NCBI GenBank assembly: GCA_951804945.1
Contig: OX638157.1
Coordinates: forward strand, 32,240,001-32,304,000
Source of the DNA: Podarcis cretensis
Taxonomy: Eukaryota
Direction of reading: 5' to 3'
DNA length: 64,000 nucleotides
The notes under the pieces: model-generated
Seen by the model: only the letters and a program-made list of their open reading frames with translations
Database searches by the model: none
Told to the model about the DNA's origin: nothing
Program-made: the position numbers and the translations under genes
Shown here: one piece after another, positions 63,468 to 64,000 of the stretch
Numbering within the stretch: position 1 is the stretch's first letter
How the letters are laid out: the number at the start of each line of letters is the position of its first letter

Positions 63468-63580
63468 ATCTATCTTACTTTTATCTTTACCTCTAGGTCC
63501 ACTAGCCACTAACATTGCAGCTGTTTTCTTCTTTTCCAGCCTTGATAAGAGGAAAATGATTTTATTGATGGTTAAATCCT
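56714..63580 (-). CDS. WD40-repeat protein of the WDR95/WDR49 family, C-terminal ~270 aa (5' part beyond window): complement(join(56714..56870,57305..57393,58465..58619,59861..59949,60661..60700,60803..60938,62099..62157,63491..63580))
   Basis: Eight exons with GT-AG ends and matching phases (1,0,1,2,1,0,2) give an uninterrupted peptide: DLTINKIIFLLSRLEKKKTAAMLVASGPRGYIAFWNIYGRGRLFAYFSSSRSTVSDVAVDDKDFLLCAGDQLGFLYIWNIAEYAINGPEAKPPVLLHSWNTHNCSITCISLMNEHQLLLTTSLDYNAKLWSLKGEYIGTFGQREPWNI...DDELAEELKQRQ...FHKPNLAAELDDPFQLEI*. Three WD blades plus the 'G.YIGTFGQ..PW' motif I recall from this family. Confidence 0.88.
57882..57926. repeat. (TA)n microsatellite
   Basis: Direct reading. Confidence 0.95.
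58987..59227 (-). mobile_element. CR1 3' UTR fragment
   Basis: CATAAGAACATAA tail and body similar to 26728-26890 (CCAGCATCCTGTTC, AGCCATCATGG.TAG.AGC.ATTGATAG). Confidence 0.7.
59228..59825 (+). mobile_element. Probable solo LTR in an intron of the WD40 gene
   Basis: About 600 bp, TG...TGTAACA ends, internal AATAAA (59706), abuts a truncated CR1. No clean TSD found. Confidence 0.4.
62635..62852 (-). mobile_element. CORE-SINE / MIR-like remnant
   Basis: ATCCTTACAGTAACCATGTAA...ATTATT.TC.CCCATATTGCAAATGGGGGGACT.A.G resembles the reverse MIR core. Confidence 0.5.
63407..63475. repeat. (TCTA)n / GATA microsatellite just after a WD40-gene donor site
   Basis: Direct reading. Confidence 0.95.
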
Positions 63581-64000
63581 CTGGGAGGGGACAAAAAGAA
63601 CCATGAAAGCATTTCCAGCACAATCCAGCACAAAGTATTTCCACAATCTCACACCAGCACAGGATATTTGTCAGCAATGCATTTCACTGTTGCAATCTGT
63701 AAAGCCAAGCCCAGCTCGCCCAGGTACAGTGGGAGACTCCACAAGACACTTCCTCTCACACACAGGTTTGTGGCGCCATCAAAACTAGCAAATTTATTAC
63801 TGAATAAGTTCTTGTGGGCAACAGGCCACTTCATCAGATGCATGAGGTGTTATCCGCAATTGATGGCACAGGTACATATACCTGCAGGTACACAGAGGCT
63901 GGCAATTGGGTGACATTTCCATTGTGTGGACTCTGCGCTCCTACAATAAACTCTCACAGGAAGCACCCTCAGTCCAGGCTTGAGATGGTGCACATCTAAC

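Noticed and set aside
56714-63580. Calling the minus-strand gene PLK4 from human synteny
   Set aside because: No kinase or polo-box motifs; the peptide is made of WD40 blades.

Overview
Vertebrate (squamate, most likely lacertid lizard, judged from Sauria SINEs, BovB/RTE, CR1 and Tc1/mariner MITEs) euchromatic window, not prokaryotic. Four intron-containing genes could be spliced by hand with consistent reading phases. (1) The last three coding exons of INTU (+). (2) Complete SLC25A31/ANT4 (+, 6 exons, 314 aa). (3) Complete HSPA4L/APG-1/OSP94 (+, 19 exons, 838 aa) with a CpG-island promoter carrying a heat-shock element. (4) The last 8 coding exons of a minus-strand WD40 gene of the WDR95/WDR49 family, which the ORF track largely misses and which ends tail-to-tail with HSPA4L. 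The most interesting inference is that this WD40 gene is a second, probably ohnologous, copy of the HSP110-WDR95 tail-to-tail pair (Hsph1-Wdr95 in mouse) that I do not recall as a coding gene at the human HSPA4L locus. Other observations: convergent poly(A) signals about 50 bp apart, a 28-bp templated insertion in the ANT4 promoter, decayed Penelope-type hammerhead ribozyme cores, an orphan perfect RFX X-box, a palindromic TonE/NF-kB-like site, and nested and young transposons. No database search was possible; family assignments rest on recalled sequence motifs.
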